64,000 nucleotides of DNA from an uncultured Nitrososphaerota archaeon. Lineage in GTDB: Archaea > Thermoproteota > EX4484-205 > JAAOZP01. The notes under the pieces are model-generated. The model was given only the letters and a program-made list of their open reading frames with translations, made no database searches and was not told the DNA's origin. The position numbers and the translations under genes were made by a program. Numbering within the stretch: position 1 is the stretch's first letter; each line of letters starts with the position of its first letter. The stretch is from the NCBI GenBank assembly GCA_964635675.1, contig CAZWPT010000004.1, positions 4,744 to 68,743 on the forward strand, in the 5' to 3' direction. Positions 50,225-61,100 of the stretch are shown here, piece by piece.

Positions 50225-50979
50225 TCTAAGCCTAGGAGGCTGCACGCATTCCTCCATAGTATTTTCTCAATGGTTCCCTCCGGCTTCTTAATAAGTTTAG
50301 TTTTTAAGATGGCACTCTGCAAGTATTTCAATGGAAACCCGGATCCGAAAACCACCCTAGAATCACCAACCTGTTCAATCAACCTGTCAATCTCGCCGAA
50401 AGCAGCATTCATCCTAGATATTTCGAAATACACGTTGGAATAATTGGTTAATGGGGAGTCGACGATCCTCCTTGCCTCTAGAACCACTATCTTTGTTTCC
50501 GGAGATTTCTCCGCAAGCTGTTTTAACTCGTCTAGACTAATATCTCTCGCCAAGTCCATCCAATGACGTCCCCTACCGTCTCTAAGCCTAACCGGTATCG
50601 AGACGACAAGATTCTTCTCAGAGGCTTTTTTAACAAGTCTTAAACAATCTTCATCCGTCAACGAATAGTTATGGTACTGCGGGTATAGCCTCAACCCTCT
50701 GAAACCGAGGCCGACGCATTCCTCTAAATCATTCTCCCAACCCGGGTATTTGGGGTTAAGAACAGCAAGCGGAACAAATCTTTCACCGTATTGTTCAACC
50801 TCCTCTAAGAGTTCATAATTCCCGTCGTGCGAATCCATGTAGAGCACAGAGTTGAGAGATGAGACTACTGCAATGCTTATCCTGTTCTTATCCATCCACT
50901 TTAAGGCTTCAAACGCTGTTCTAGCGCAAAACTTTCGGAATGGCCACTGCCCAAGATACATGTTGAAGTCTATAATCAT
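50176..50979 (-). CDS. Amidohydrolase family 2 protein
   Basis: IIDFNMY, GLRLYPQYH, VVFGSGFP. Several usual His ligands are replaced. Confidence 0.85.
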   Translation of the reverse strand: MIIDFNMYLGQWPFRKFCARTAFEALKWMDKNRISIAVVSSLNSVLYMDSHDGNYELLEEVEQYGERFVPLAVLNPKYPGWENDLEECVGLGFRGLRLYPQYHNYSLTDEDCLRLVKKASEKNLVVSIPVRLRDGRGRHWMDLARDISLDELKQLAEKSPETKIVVLEARRIVDSPLTNYSNVYFEISRMNAAFGEIDRLIEQVGDSRVVFGSGFPLKYLQSAILKTKLIKKPEGTIEKILWRNACSLLGLDQKEPRLGSIENMFLP

Positions 50980-51746
50980 TTAAACCTCGCCTCTAGGATC
51001 TGCCGCATGTTTTCACCAAATATAAGGCTCCTATCATGCTCACTTATTTCGGCGTCCAATATTTTACCAATTCCTTCTTCCATGCTTAAATCAGTGCCGA
51101 ATAGTAGTCTTTCCGCACCCAAGAGTTTAACTGCTTTCTCTATCATCCCGCAATCTATTACGCTGCCGCTCGTATCAACGTAAACGTTACGAGTGTTTCT
51201 CAAAACCTTCAAAGCCCACTCCCAGTCTCCCCCTCCACCAAGATGAGCCTCTATTATCACTGCTTTCGGAAACAGAGAGGCCAAGTAGGAGATGTCGCGA
51301 GCATTAGAAATATTCGGCTGCCTAGCAGCTTCAGCAGGATCTGTAAGATACCCTGCATGCTGCAGGATTGGAACCTTAAGCTCTATAGTCTTTTTAACAA
51401 TTGGGAAAACAATCGGATCGGAACATTTATACTGGTTGTACAGTTTTACGCCGATCATCCCTTCTTCAAGAATCCTCTTCTCAACCTCTTCAAGAGATTC
51501 CTGTTGATAACCTGGGTTAACGAAACAGTAACCGAGAATCTTATCAGGATATTCCTTCATCGCCTTAATCATCTCGTCATTACAGGTTTTAAACTCACTG
51601 GGTGTAGGCATACCTTCAACGAAGGGTATTGAGCAGCACAGTTTATCGATACCCAGTTTATCAGCAGCCTCTACGAGATTTTTCAACTCCACCTCGCATT
51701 TAAAGAACCTGCCGCTAATGTGAGAATGACAATCTATCTTCAACAT
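50976..51746 (-). CDS. Amidohydrolase family 2 protein
   Basis: IDCHSH, GVKLY, ILQHAG, AHLGGG, YVDTSG, LLFGTD. Confidence 0.92.
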   Translation of the reverse strand: MLKIDCHSHISGRFFKCEVELKNLVEAADKLGIDKLCCSIPFVEGMPTPSEFKTCNDEMIKAMKEYPDKILGYCFVNPGYQQESLEEVEKRILEEGMIGVKLYNQYKCSDPIVFPIVKKTIELKVPILQHAGYLTDPAEAARQPNISNARDISYLASLFPKAVIIEAHLGGGGDWEWALKVLRNTRNVYVDTSGSVIDCGMIEKAVKLLGAERLLFGTDLSMEEGIGKILDAEISEHDRSLIFGENMRQILEARFK

Positions 51747-51838
51747 TCAGCTGCTTGTTTTCTTCTTAGTGAGCTTAAAAATTTTAGCGTTCGCCAGCCG
51801 GGAAAAACATTTATGCTCGACGAGTTTTTTAAAGAAGC

Positions 51839-54028
51839 ATGGTTTCCTCGAACGATGAAAAGGAGGATCACGATATAATTCTAAGCAACGGTAAGGTTAA
51901 GGTGGTGTTCAACACTGAAAGCGGAGGGATAAGACAGATTCTAAACAAGACGGTTTCAACTACATATCTAAAACATTCCAACGACCAGCTGGTTTACATT
52001 TGGCTTCTTCAAAAAGGGAAGAAATCATCAGTCTACGCGAATGACGACGAGCCGTTTAGAGTTGTTTCATCTGGACCTGAAACCCTAAAGGGAATCCGTT
52101 TAAGCAATGATGGTTCACGTTCTTCAGTAGAGATCCTTCATAGGATTGAGTCAGTAGATGTTAAATGCAGTTTTATGCTTGAAGGCGAAAGTCAGCTTAT
52201 AAGCTGTGATGTTGAAGTGGACAACACTCTTAATCCAAGCTGTTCAGATGATGTTGTCGGAGTAGGCTTTCCACAGTTAAAAGGAATATGCATAGGCAAT
52301 TCTAGTGAAGACGATATACTGGTTAGGCCAAATCGTTTCGGAGAGAAAATCAAGAATCCTGTCGAGAAATGTGGGACCTACCATAGAACATTGCTTTACG
52401 GCGGCTTTGCTTCAATGATGTGGATGGATATTTATGATGAGAAAGCGGGCCTCTATATTGCTAGTTATGATAAGGAGTTGATACTTACTGCTTTAGAATC
52501 GATTCCTGACTGCTCAAGAGGGGCGATGAACCTTAGCATGAGGAAGTACGCATATGTTCCTGCTGGAAGCTCTTGGAGGTCAAGCCCGTTTGTAATAGGG
52601 GTGCATGAAGGAGATTGGCACTGGGCTGCCGACAGATATAGGGAATGGGCTGAGTCATGGATGATAAAGCCCAATATTCCTGAAAAACTGAAATGGAGCG
52701 ACGGATGGTATGGTGTGCATTTTAAGGCTGGGGGAGAGATAAAGTTCAAATTCAAGGATATTGAAGATTTTTTCAGGGATGCCCAATATCTCGGTTTAAA
52801 CCATGTTCAGCTATGGGGCCAGATGGTTGGAGACGGATGTTGCTACAGATTCTACTATCCTGATCCAAGACTGGGGACTGTTGAAGAGCTTAAGAAAGCA
52901 ATATCCTCAGTTAAAAGTAAAGGTGGTATAGTAGGCTTCTACTTCAACATTCAAGCATTCTCACCCTCCGTAAGAGAATATCTTTCTGCGAGAGGCATCA
53001 GGATTCCCGAATCCGAGAAGACCCCGGACTGGATGGGCGAGTTCAGGAATTACGCTCAAACGAACTTCGACGGGTCGACGACCGTGCAGTATCCTGGAAG
53101 AGAGTTTGAAAATGATGGTTTCAGAATAATGTGCACGTATTCTGAGGGATGGCAGAAATACTTGGTTCACTGGGTTGTGGAAAAATACTTGAAGGAGTAT
53201 GGTGCAGACTTCGCCTATATAGATCAAACTTTTTCCCCACCTGTTTCCTACTGTTTCAACTTTGCGCATGGTCATAAGCATCATGGTTGTTCAGCTCAAG
53301 GAAGAGTTAAGATAATACGGAGACTCTCTGAAGAAGGTAGGAAGCATAACCGAGAATTCTCACTGTGTATCGAGGGAAACGGGGATTCCGTGGGACAATA
53401 TTGCAGTCTTCATCTCTACACCAGTTTCTCAAGCCAAACCATGTATCCTGCCCCTGAAGTTTTTGCATACACCTTCCCAGAGTATATTATAATTGACGGC
53501 TTCGCTAACCTGCCCGTTGAGTGGATAGGCAAGTGCTACTATCCGGACATGGGTGGTGAAGTTGGCTTGGAAGACCTTATAAACAGGGTATACCTGCTCG
53601 GATTCAGGTTCGACGTGACACCACTTCCACTGGGATCAAGGATTAGCAGGGGTGAGCCGTTAACTGAGCATGTGAGAAGATTGATAGCTCTCAGGAAGAG
53701 GGTTAAATGGCTACAGTATGATTCAAGGTTCATGGATGACTTGGGATTAAAGTGTTACTCTGAGAAGGTGGTTGCGAAAGCGTTTAAAGGTTCTGATGGA
53801 AGAAGCTTGTTGATAAACATTATTGACTACAGGTCTGAGAAAAACAGTTTTCTAATAGAGGTTGACGCTGATTTCTATAGCTTTACTGGTGAAGTGGAAT
53901 GTAAACTCTACGCTGTTGACGGTCAGGATGCTGATCTAAATGCTAAGCTGGTACATGGAAAGCTGCTGGTTGAAATACCGTCTTTCAAAGGTAAGGTTGC
54001 AAGCATTATTCTGAAAAAACGTCAATAG
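51839..54028 (+). CDS. Large hypothetical GH-like protein (DUF6259-like)
   Basis: N-terminal beta-sandwich, GDWHWAADRYREW, TIM-barrel region with FAYIDQ, C-terminal beta domain. Confidence 0.7.
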   Translation: MVSSNDEKEDHDIILSNGKVKVVFNTESGGIRQILNKTVSTTYLKHSNDQLVYIWLLQKGKKSSVYANDDEPFRVVSSGPETLKGIRLSNDGSRSSVEILHRIESVDVKCSFMLEGESQLISCDVEVDNTLNPSCSDDVVGVGFPQLKGICIGNSSEDDILVRPNRFGEKIKNPVEKCGTYHRTLLYGGFASMMWMDIYDEKAGLYIASYDKELILTALESIPDCSRGAMNLSMRKYAYVPAGSSWRSSPFVIGVHEGDWHWAADRYREWAESWMIKPNIPEKLKWSDGWYGVHFKAGGEIKFKFKDIEDFFRDAQYLGLNHVQLWGQMVGDGCCYRFYYPDPRLGTVEELKKAISSVKSKGGIVGFYFNIQAFSPSVREYLSARGIRIPESEKTPDWMGEFRNYAQTNFDGSTTVQYPGREFENDGFRIMCTYSEGWQKYLVHWVVEKYLKEYGADFAYIDQTFSPPVSYCFNFAHGHKHHGCSAQGRVKIIRRLSEEGRKHNREFSLCIEGNGDSVGQYCSLHLYTSFSSQTMYPAPEVFAYTFPEYIIIDGFANLPVEWIGKCYYPDMGGEVGLEDLINRVYLLGFRFDVTPLPLGSRISRGEPLTEHVRRLIALRKRVKWLQYDSRFMDDLGLKCYSEKVVAKAFKGSDGRSLLINIIDYRSEKNSFLIEVDADFYSFTGEVECKLYAVDGQDADLNAKLVHGKLLVEIPSFKGKVASIILKKRQ

Positions 54029-54034
54029 TACGTG

Positions 54035-55372
54035 CTATGAATATTCGCTTATCTTCTGTATGTCCAAATGGTTTGCCACGTTTCTTATAGCATCGTCCAT
54101 GTTAATATACTTGAACTCTGCAAATCTTCCAACAAGCTCTACACCCATCCTGTTAAAGAAGGATCTTATTCTTTCAGCGCATTCTTGATAATTCGAATCT
54201 AGAATAGGATACGCATACTTGTGTTGAAAAACATTCCTACAGATAATCTTGTTCTTAGAAAGAATCTTAAGCCTATCGAGCTCATCAATCACTATGCTCG
54301 CAACCTCATCGCTATTAGTCTTAAGGAGAGGATCATCAGGCTTGACAGTTATCTCTGCAAGGATGGACGACTTGCCTTCAGGAGCGTTTTCTGGACTGAA
54401 GTTGGAAGGAAAACTAACCCTATGCGGGTGAATATCCCTGTCAGGAATGTACATCCAGCTTAAACCCTTAACGTTAAGCTCCTCCAGCCCTATTGCAACC
54501 GTCACGAGAGAGTTGAACCTTAATCTCTCAACATCCCTCTTCACATCCTGGGGAACATCGAATATTCTGACAGCATCATGTAAAGGAATTGTAGAGATGA
54601 TTCGGTCGAAAACCTTCTCTACACGACCGTTTGAAACAACCCATTCACCTGATTCTTTTTCGACACGCCTTACCTCGAAGCCTGTTAAAACATCGCCTTG
54701 CATCCTGTTTCTCAAAGATTCTATGAGTGCTTGAATCCCTCCCTTCCTAGGATAGTGGAAGAAAAGCTGATGAACATATCCCTCAGAACCTATTCCAAGA
54801 GAAGCCTTAACAACATCCATTACGCTAGGATTAGGAATTCTGCCTATAAAACCGAGAGACATATCATCTATGCTCATTTTCCAGATTTTCTCATTATATG
54901 GGATCAAGTATTTCTCGGAAATAGCGCTTCCAAGAGAACTGTAGAAAAATTCTCTAAGGTTTCCGGCATCGCGTTTTCTCCGCATCCTGGCATAGAGAAA
55001 ATGCAGGAGGCACGAAAGGTTTTCCAGAAATGGTAAGTCAGATAAACCGTTTTCAAAAGGATATTTTACAAGCCTGCCTTTATAGAGTATTGCAGTATTC
55101 CTCTTGTTCTCAATCCTGTTATTTCCTAAAAGGCTAAGCATAAAGCTTAGAACGTCAGTGTCCTTTGAGAAAATTATGTGTGAACCGCCAGTGTCGAAAG
55201 TAAACCCCTCTTCAACAATGCTTCTCATCAAACCACCGGGAGCAACGTTTTTTTCCAGCACAGTAGTGTTGAAACCAATTCTGGAGGAAAAGTAGGCATA
55301 AGTCATTCCGGAGAGCCCGCCACCTAGAATACCAATTCTGACACCTTCATGTTTAGCTGCCTTAACGCTCAT
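54035..55372 (-). CDS. FAD-dependent oxidoreductase, UDP-galactopyranose mutase/protoporphyrinogen oxidase-like
   Basis: GGGLSG, GGL, FDTGGSHIIFS, KYPFEN, AYP, GRFAEFKYINMD. Likely start MSVK at 55372. Confidence 0.85.
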   Translation of the reverse strand: MSVKAAKHEGVRIGILGGGLSGMTYAYFSSRIGFNTTVLEKNVAPGGLMRSIVEEGFTFDTGGSHIIFSKDTDVLSFMLSLLGNNRIENKRNTAILYKGRLVKYPFENGLSDLPFLENLSCLLHFLYARMRRKRDAGNLREFFYSSLGSAISEKYLIPYNEKIWKMSIDDMSLGFIGRIPNPSVMDVVKASLGIGSEGYVHQLFFHYPRKGGIQALIESLRNRMQGDVLTGFEVRRVEKESGEWVVSNGRVEKVFDRIISTIPLHDAVRIFDVPQDVKRDVERLRFNSLVTVAIGLEELNVKGLSWMYIPDRDIHPHRVSFPSNFSPENAPEGKSSILAEITVKPDDPLLKTNSDEVASIVIDELDRLKILSKNKIICRNVFQHKYAYPILDSNYQECAERIRSFFNRMGVELVGRFAEFKYINMDDAIRNVANHLDIQKISEYS

Positions 55373-55394
55373 CTTTACCATTCCATCGTTATCT

Positions 55395-55727
55395 TTAAAC
55401 GTAATAGCCTGAGTGAGGCTCTCTACGCTGGCTTGGTTGAGGTGGATACTGATCCTTAATCTCTCCAATAATTTTTTCCAGCTCATTCAAGTGTTGATTC
55501 AACCATTTAGTAAGCTGTTTTAATGCAACTGGTGTAAGAATTACCTCAACCTTAATCTCCCTCGTAACAGTAGGAGGTTGAGTCGGCTCCTCAGGATGAT
55601 TCACAACATCGTTAAAGAAAGATACCCGAAAGTCGATGCCATTAAAGCCGCCCAGCGCCCCTGTTGCATATATCCTCTTGAAGTCCTCAGCGTACTTAAT
55701 CTTAACCGGTATTCTTATCTCGGTCAT
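55395..55727 (-). CDS. DUF3467-like small protein
   Basis: YATGALGG..DFRVSF, VEVILTP.ALKQL..WL..HL..LE. Confidence 0.75.
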   Translation of the reverse strand: MTEIRIPVKIKYAEDFKRIYATGALGGFNGIDFRVSFFNDVVNHPEEPTQPPTVTREIKVEVILTPVALKQLTKWLNQHLNELEKIIGEIKDQYPPQPSQRREPHSGYYV

Positions 55728-55837
55728 CGTCGATCATATCTGACAACGTTGAGGCTTATAAGAATTTTTACATGATCCATGTCTTGCGGGCGCTATAGCT
55801 TTAACGTGCTCCAGTCTTTCTTCTTCAACCTCAACCA

Positions 55838-55999
55838 TTAGCGCGCGCTTTCCTCGGGATTTCTGGAGGAAACTTTATTAAAATCCAATTCCCATCCTTC
55901 TAGAATCGCGTGCTCTCGTTTTGAAAAATTAACTCCTCTTTCCCTCATCTGATTAGGGTCCATGTTAGAGCCATAGGCGAAATACTTCAGATTCCTCAC
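55838..55999 (-). pseudogene. Gamma-glutamylcyclotransferase (AIG2-like) N-terminal fragment
   Basis: Hand translation: VRNLKYFAYGSNMDPNQMRERGVNFSKREHAILEGWELDFNK...stop after 53 aa. Not in the ORF track. Confidence 0.8.
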
Positions 56000-56312
56000 C
56001 AATTAACTATATTCCATGAATCTTTATAAGCCTTTTAAAAAGCTCATAAAGGCATGCGCCATTTTTCCAGCATCCTTTCAAACCCTCTAGAATCAAAACT
56101 TAAAATACGACGAATATTTATGCATTCTCTCTTTTCGGCAACTCAAATAACGAGCGTTAAGCAGCATTAATTGAAATCAGGCTTGGAATGCCCCAAATTT
56201 CGGAAATCAAAACTCTGTTATCCTTATTCTGCACTTTGAGCCTCTTCAGCAAGTTTTTGTTATCCGAGCAGACTATAACTTTAGCGCGCTTAAGGTTTAG
56301 GGATACATGCTT

Positions 56313-56516
56313 TTACTCTTCGCCTATGAATCCTTCTTCAATCAGGATTCGCCTACAATCCTTGCAGAGGGTTCTCAGCCACTTCGCGAGCAGCTTTCTC
56401 TCCTGCTCCGCGGACTCTATCTTCACGCTGAAGATCGTGTCGAACTTCCTCCTACACTCTTTGCACACAAGATCATACTCTGAGGAGCACATTCCTTTGT
56501 AATAGCGAGAAGGCAT
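56313..56516 (-). CDS. Small CxxC..CxxC putative zinc-binding protein
   Basis: CKEC and CKDC pairs in a 67-aa ORF. Confidence 0.5.
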   Translation of the reverse strand: MPSRYYKGMCSSEYDLVCKECRRKFDTIFSVKIESAEQERKLLAKWLRTLCKDCRRILIEEGFIGEE

Positions 56517-56977
56517 GATTTAAGCGTTTGTTGTCGAAAACAACAACATGTTACAATGAGCATCATAAGCCCCTTTTTCAACGCGGTTTGGATTGAAACT
56601 TAGTATAGTCATTGTGAAGAGACGATCCGGGGAAATGCCTTCAAGCATGATAGCCTGAAAGGGAGTTTAAACATGTTTTTCGAAGGATACCGTATCCAGC
56701 CAGTTGATGCTCATTCACACAACCCTCCCTCTCAAATGTTTTTCCGTACTAAACCCTCGGTCTTAAGCATGTGCTCACTTTCACCCCACCCTCTCCCTCA
56801 AGCGTTTGCCTCATCCTACTTTTTAAAGAAGGGCTTTTTCACAGGAATGTTGAGGGTGTGGACATGCAACAGCCAAAAAGCTTGGGGAGAGGGGGTAACC
56901 AGGTGAGGCGGGTCCTAGCCTTAAAAGATTCGGCAGCCGGAAAGCCTTATCTAAAGCCGCTACATACCGTATTCAGA

Positions 56978-58123
56978 ATGGTCGGGTACATCAGGCTTAT
57001 AAGCCTGGTTGTTCTACTCATCCTTCTTTCAGGTTCTCTTAAGGCTTCCGCAACACCCTTCGAGCTTGCTTACGATGATGGTGGTGCTGACTACGGCTGG
57101 TCGGACTTCTACCCCTATGCTGCAGCGGTAAGGTTCTCCCTGCCCTCTGCGAGCTGGAGGATAACGGGGATAAGGCTTCACGCCACATGCATCCTTAAGG
57201 GTTCTCAAGTATTCTACGTTCAGATATGGGATGCTGGTTTAAACACTGTTTACTGGTCAGCGTTCCTCCCCAGCAGTGTCTTCAAGAACGCTACGCTAGA
57301 GTGGTACACCATCAGGCTTCCAAACGTCGTCGTAAAAGGCGTGTTCTACGTCGTCATCGTCCCGATGCTCACCCTCGACGGCTCTCAGCTATGGATAAGC
57401 GTCGACGATGATCCTCCTTTTTCAAACAACAGCTTCACAGTGAACGTTGACGACCATGCGATCCATGCTTCCCTAAACGCCACTGGCAAGAGGCCGGTAG
57501 ACTTCATGATTAGGGTCGTGGGGGAGCCCGTTCCAACGCTTCCCGAGCTTAAACCGTCTTCAATAGAGTTCAGAGAGGATGAGACCATCGTGTTTTTCAC
57601 ATACCCGGGTGAATCGCTGAGCTTCGGCGCCAGGCTTGTTAAGCCAGACGGGTCTTCGGTTGAGGAGAACGCAACCAGGGTTGGCAACAGCCTCATCGTA
57701 AGGGTTAGGGATGAAGGCTTGCTTAACGTCTTCGTGGTCACGCCCAGCTATGAGACGGTCGGCTCCAGCGTAAGGCTTGAAACCGGCCTGAGGAGCCTTT
57801 ACAGGGATTTATTGGCCAACTACACCGTTCTTAAGCACAGTATCGAGGACATGCTTAGGCAAATCGATTCTTTAAAGAAGGATAACGGGGAACTCAGGCT
57901 CCAGCTCAGCCAGAGCCAAGCCCTTATAAGGATTCAGAACGAGAGGATCAACGAGCTCCTAACTAACATTTCTTCTCTGAGGAGTGAGTTGGAGAAAGTT
58001 GGGGCTGAGGCCTCTGGGCTCAGGGGCGAGAACGCTCTACTCAAAATAGGACTCGCCTTAGCGATAATCGTTTCCCTCTTTCTAGGCTTCATCGAGGTGA
58101 GAAGAAGGTGGAGGAGAAAGTAA
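56978..58123 (+). CDS. Exported, C-terminally anchored coiled-coil protein (accessory to downstream giant protein)
   Basis: Signal peptide ending ASA, beta domain ELAYDDG..AVRF, heptad coiled coil, C-terminal TM plus RRRWRRK. Likely start ATG 56978. Confidence 0.75.
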   Translation: MVGYIRLISLVVLLILLSGSLKASATPFELAYDDGGADYGWSDFYPYAAAVRFSLPSASWRITGIRLHATCILKGSQVFYVQIWDAGLNTVYWSAFLPSSVFKNATLEWYTIRLPNVVVKGVFYVVIVPMLTLDGSQLWISVDDDPPFSNNSFTVNVDDHAIHASLNATGKRPVDFMIRVVGEPVPTLPELKPSSIEFREDETIVFFTYPGESLSFGARLVKPDGSSVEENATRVGNSLIVRVRDEGLLNVFVVTPSYETVGSSVRLETGLRSLYRDLLANYTVLKHSIEDMLRQIDSLKKDNGELRLQLSQSQALIRIQNERINELLTNISSLRSELEKVGAEASGLRGENALLKIGLALAIIVSLFLGFIEVRRRWRRK

Positions 58124-61100
58124 CCGGGATACTGTTAATCCTCCTCACTCTAAGCCTTGAGTTCAACAGCATCCTTCTCGTAAGGTTCATCAGGGTCTCC
58201 GCGCAGCCAGAGGAATTCGCGAAGAAGCTTGAAGAATACCTTGGTAAAGCCATACCGGATGACCTTCTCGCCGAGGAGTGTGAGTACGTTGTTCCAGAGG
58301 GCTTTAACAACACCTTTGCCGAAAGGCTCTGGAAAGACCTAAGCTTCTACGTTAGTGCAGGATGTACCACCGAAGAGCTAAGGGACGAGCTTAAGAAGGT
58401 ATATGGAAATTCTTCACTGGTTAACGCAACGCTTTCAAACGGAGCCATGGTGACACTGAACATTAGCGGCGTAGCTGTTGAAAGAGAATGGGATGGGAGC
58501 GTCAGCATAAAGATACCCGTGGCCTCAAAGAACAACCTGAGCTACTCGCATTACAACTTCACTAAGCAAGCTGGGTTCTACGAGGCCTGGAACAAGACTC
58601 TGGTCAGGGAATACAGGGTTTGGAGGAGGGAGCAGGGATGGTACACTTATGTTTTCGAGGACCTTGAATCTAGCAGGAGCTTCACCATAGTCTCAAGGAT
58701 CTGGGGTGAAGCGTCTGTGGTTGAGGAAGCATGGCTCGGAGGCTTGAGGAAGCTGGGCGGAGGAGCTTGGAACGAGCCAGTCCGTTATCTCCCATCCTTC
58801 GAGTACACGTTGTGGGGCTGGATGCGCGTGAAAGGGCCTGTCGTAGCGGTGCCCGGCCATTATGAGGACGTTAGGATCATCGTTCCACAGCAGGAGAGAA
58901 GCTTCAAAGTATTGTTCCCAGCCTACGACCCCTTTTGGTATGAGGGCTGGACCATAAGCATCAACTTTTCCTCAACAAGCCTAAGCATTGGCGAAACCCT
59001 TGAGATAAGCTACCTTGCTGAATACTGCTCGCCCTTCGGCGGAGAGCCAGAGCCGTTAAACGCTACGTTAACGCTCAACGCTCCAGACTCTTTCCAACCC
59101 TTGGACAGCGTTGAGAGAAGGCTTGATGAAACCCACATCGCCGGGGTGTTCAGGCTCAAAGCAGCTAAGCCCGGGACCTACAATATTACTCTCAGGCTCG
59201 ATGGGAACGCTGTGTTCTCAAACACCCTCAGCAACATGGAGACGTATACGGTTCAGGTTGTTTCCCCGCCGGCCCCGTCGCTAGGCATCGAGATAGTTAG
59301 CAGGGACACCTCTGTTCTGAAGCACGCCAGGCTCATATTGAGGCTGAGGAATAATGGCGGCGGGGCTGCGAGAAACATAACCATGGTGATAACCGGCAGC
59401 CACTTGGAGAGCGTGGTCAGAAGCGTTGGAAGCGTTGAGGCGGGGGAATCCAGGGATGTTGAGCTCAGCCTGAGGCTCCTCCAGCCCTCCTCCATGGCTA
59501 GGATAAGGGTCGCTTACAGCGATGACGACGGCAACCCGTATCTCGTCGGGCTTGAGACGATGGTTTCGACAGAGACCTTCTGGGTTCCAGAGCATTTCGA
59601 AACCTACACCGTCACAGTGCCTGAGCACGAGGAAACCCACAGAGTCTTCGTCCCTGGGTTTGAGAGTGCTACTCACATAAGGCTCTACGCTCTCTGGGAC
59701 GAGAGGATAATCGGCGAAGCAATATTCCACGGTGAAAAGCTTGGAAGACAAGTATACGACGTGGAGTACCTTCAATGGCTCCTCTACAACCGGACCGCGT
59801 TGAGCCTTGGCCTAGTGCCAATACCCGTGCCAGGGCTTGGTGTTGAGCTAAGCATCAGCACAGGCAGAGAGGCTTTGACTGAAGCAGGAGTCAAGATGAT
59901 GATAAAGAGCATAGAGCCACACTACGAATACATCGGAATCCTTAAGGAGGACGATGCATTAAGGCTTGTCAACGCGGATAAAGAATCCCTGAGGAACGGG
60001 AATGTTTCCTCGGACTTCAAGATTGAGCCGTTGAAGCCATACTGGGTCAAGGGCAAGCCCATAGTGTTAAACTCGACGCAGTTCGCCCTCTACCAAGCTA
60101 CGATGGAGGGTTTGAAGAAGAAAAACCCCGACTTGGATTATGAGTTCAGGGAGACCATTGCTGACGTTAGGACTAGGGTTGGGGAAGCTGAGCTAGGATA
60201 TATTGTTCTTATCTCCCACCCGTTGAAGGTCGTTGGGGAAGGACCCCTTAAAACAGTCAGGGTGAGGAACTTCGCAGCAATAGGCTTCGAATACACGGTT
60301 AACGTTGAAACATCCCAGCTAACATTTCTCGGGAATGCGCCTGGCGAGAAGGCTTGGAAAAAACTGTATCTCGACGGGAAGGAGGACGCTGTCCTGCTCT
60401 CATCCTCGTTAGACGCTCGCGAGCAGGAGGTTAAGGTAAACCTTACTCTTAATGGCAGGCTCGTCGCAAAAACAATTTTCAGGCTTGAGCCCGAGTCCTC
60501 GGTGTTCTGGAGGGGCTTCTGGGAAGGCTTCAGGGGCGAGCTTTGGAGGATAGTCCTCACCGGGGCGGTGATGGTTGTCCTCACAGTGGCTAGCAAGGGC
60601 ACTGTTGGAGCAATGGCATTGAAGCTGAGCGAGCTAGCATTCCTCTCAACAATGATCCTGTTTAACGCGGTCACCCAGTATGCGGAGCTAGGCCAAGTGT
60701 TTTCAAGGGCCTTCACGCTGAGGGAGGTGGGCAATGTTATCCGCGACGAAGCAAGGCAGTTCAGCAACATAGGCTACCACGGGACGGCTAGTTTCTTGAA
60801 TGATGCGGCGGACGAGATTACGCACGTCGTAAAATCAGTCGAGGCCAACTTCTCCTCCATCCTTGACTTCCTCTCAAGGGTAGGCACTGACATGAGCCTG
60901 CAGGAGTGGGAAGTATTGCTGGGGCTTAGAAAAGCGGAGCCTTATGAGAACGGCAGGGTGTGGGGCAAGGTTACCGGCATCGCGGTAAGCCTCGCAGTAT
61001 TCGTCGCAGGATTCTGCAACCTAGCTGCCAGCGGAGCTACTCCAGCGTCCCTAGGGGCTAAGGCCAAGGCTGTTCTGCACGGCCTGTATAACTGGCTAAC

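Noticed and set aside
55373-55486. N-terminal extension of the UGM-like ORF
   Set aside because: It overlaps the DUF3467-like gene; the Rossmann motif begins just after ATG 55372.
56771-56977. N-terminal 69 aa of the 450-aa ORF
   Set aside because: It precedes a clear signal peptide starting at ATG 56978 and has no coding character.
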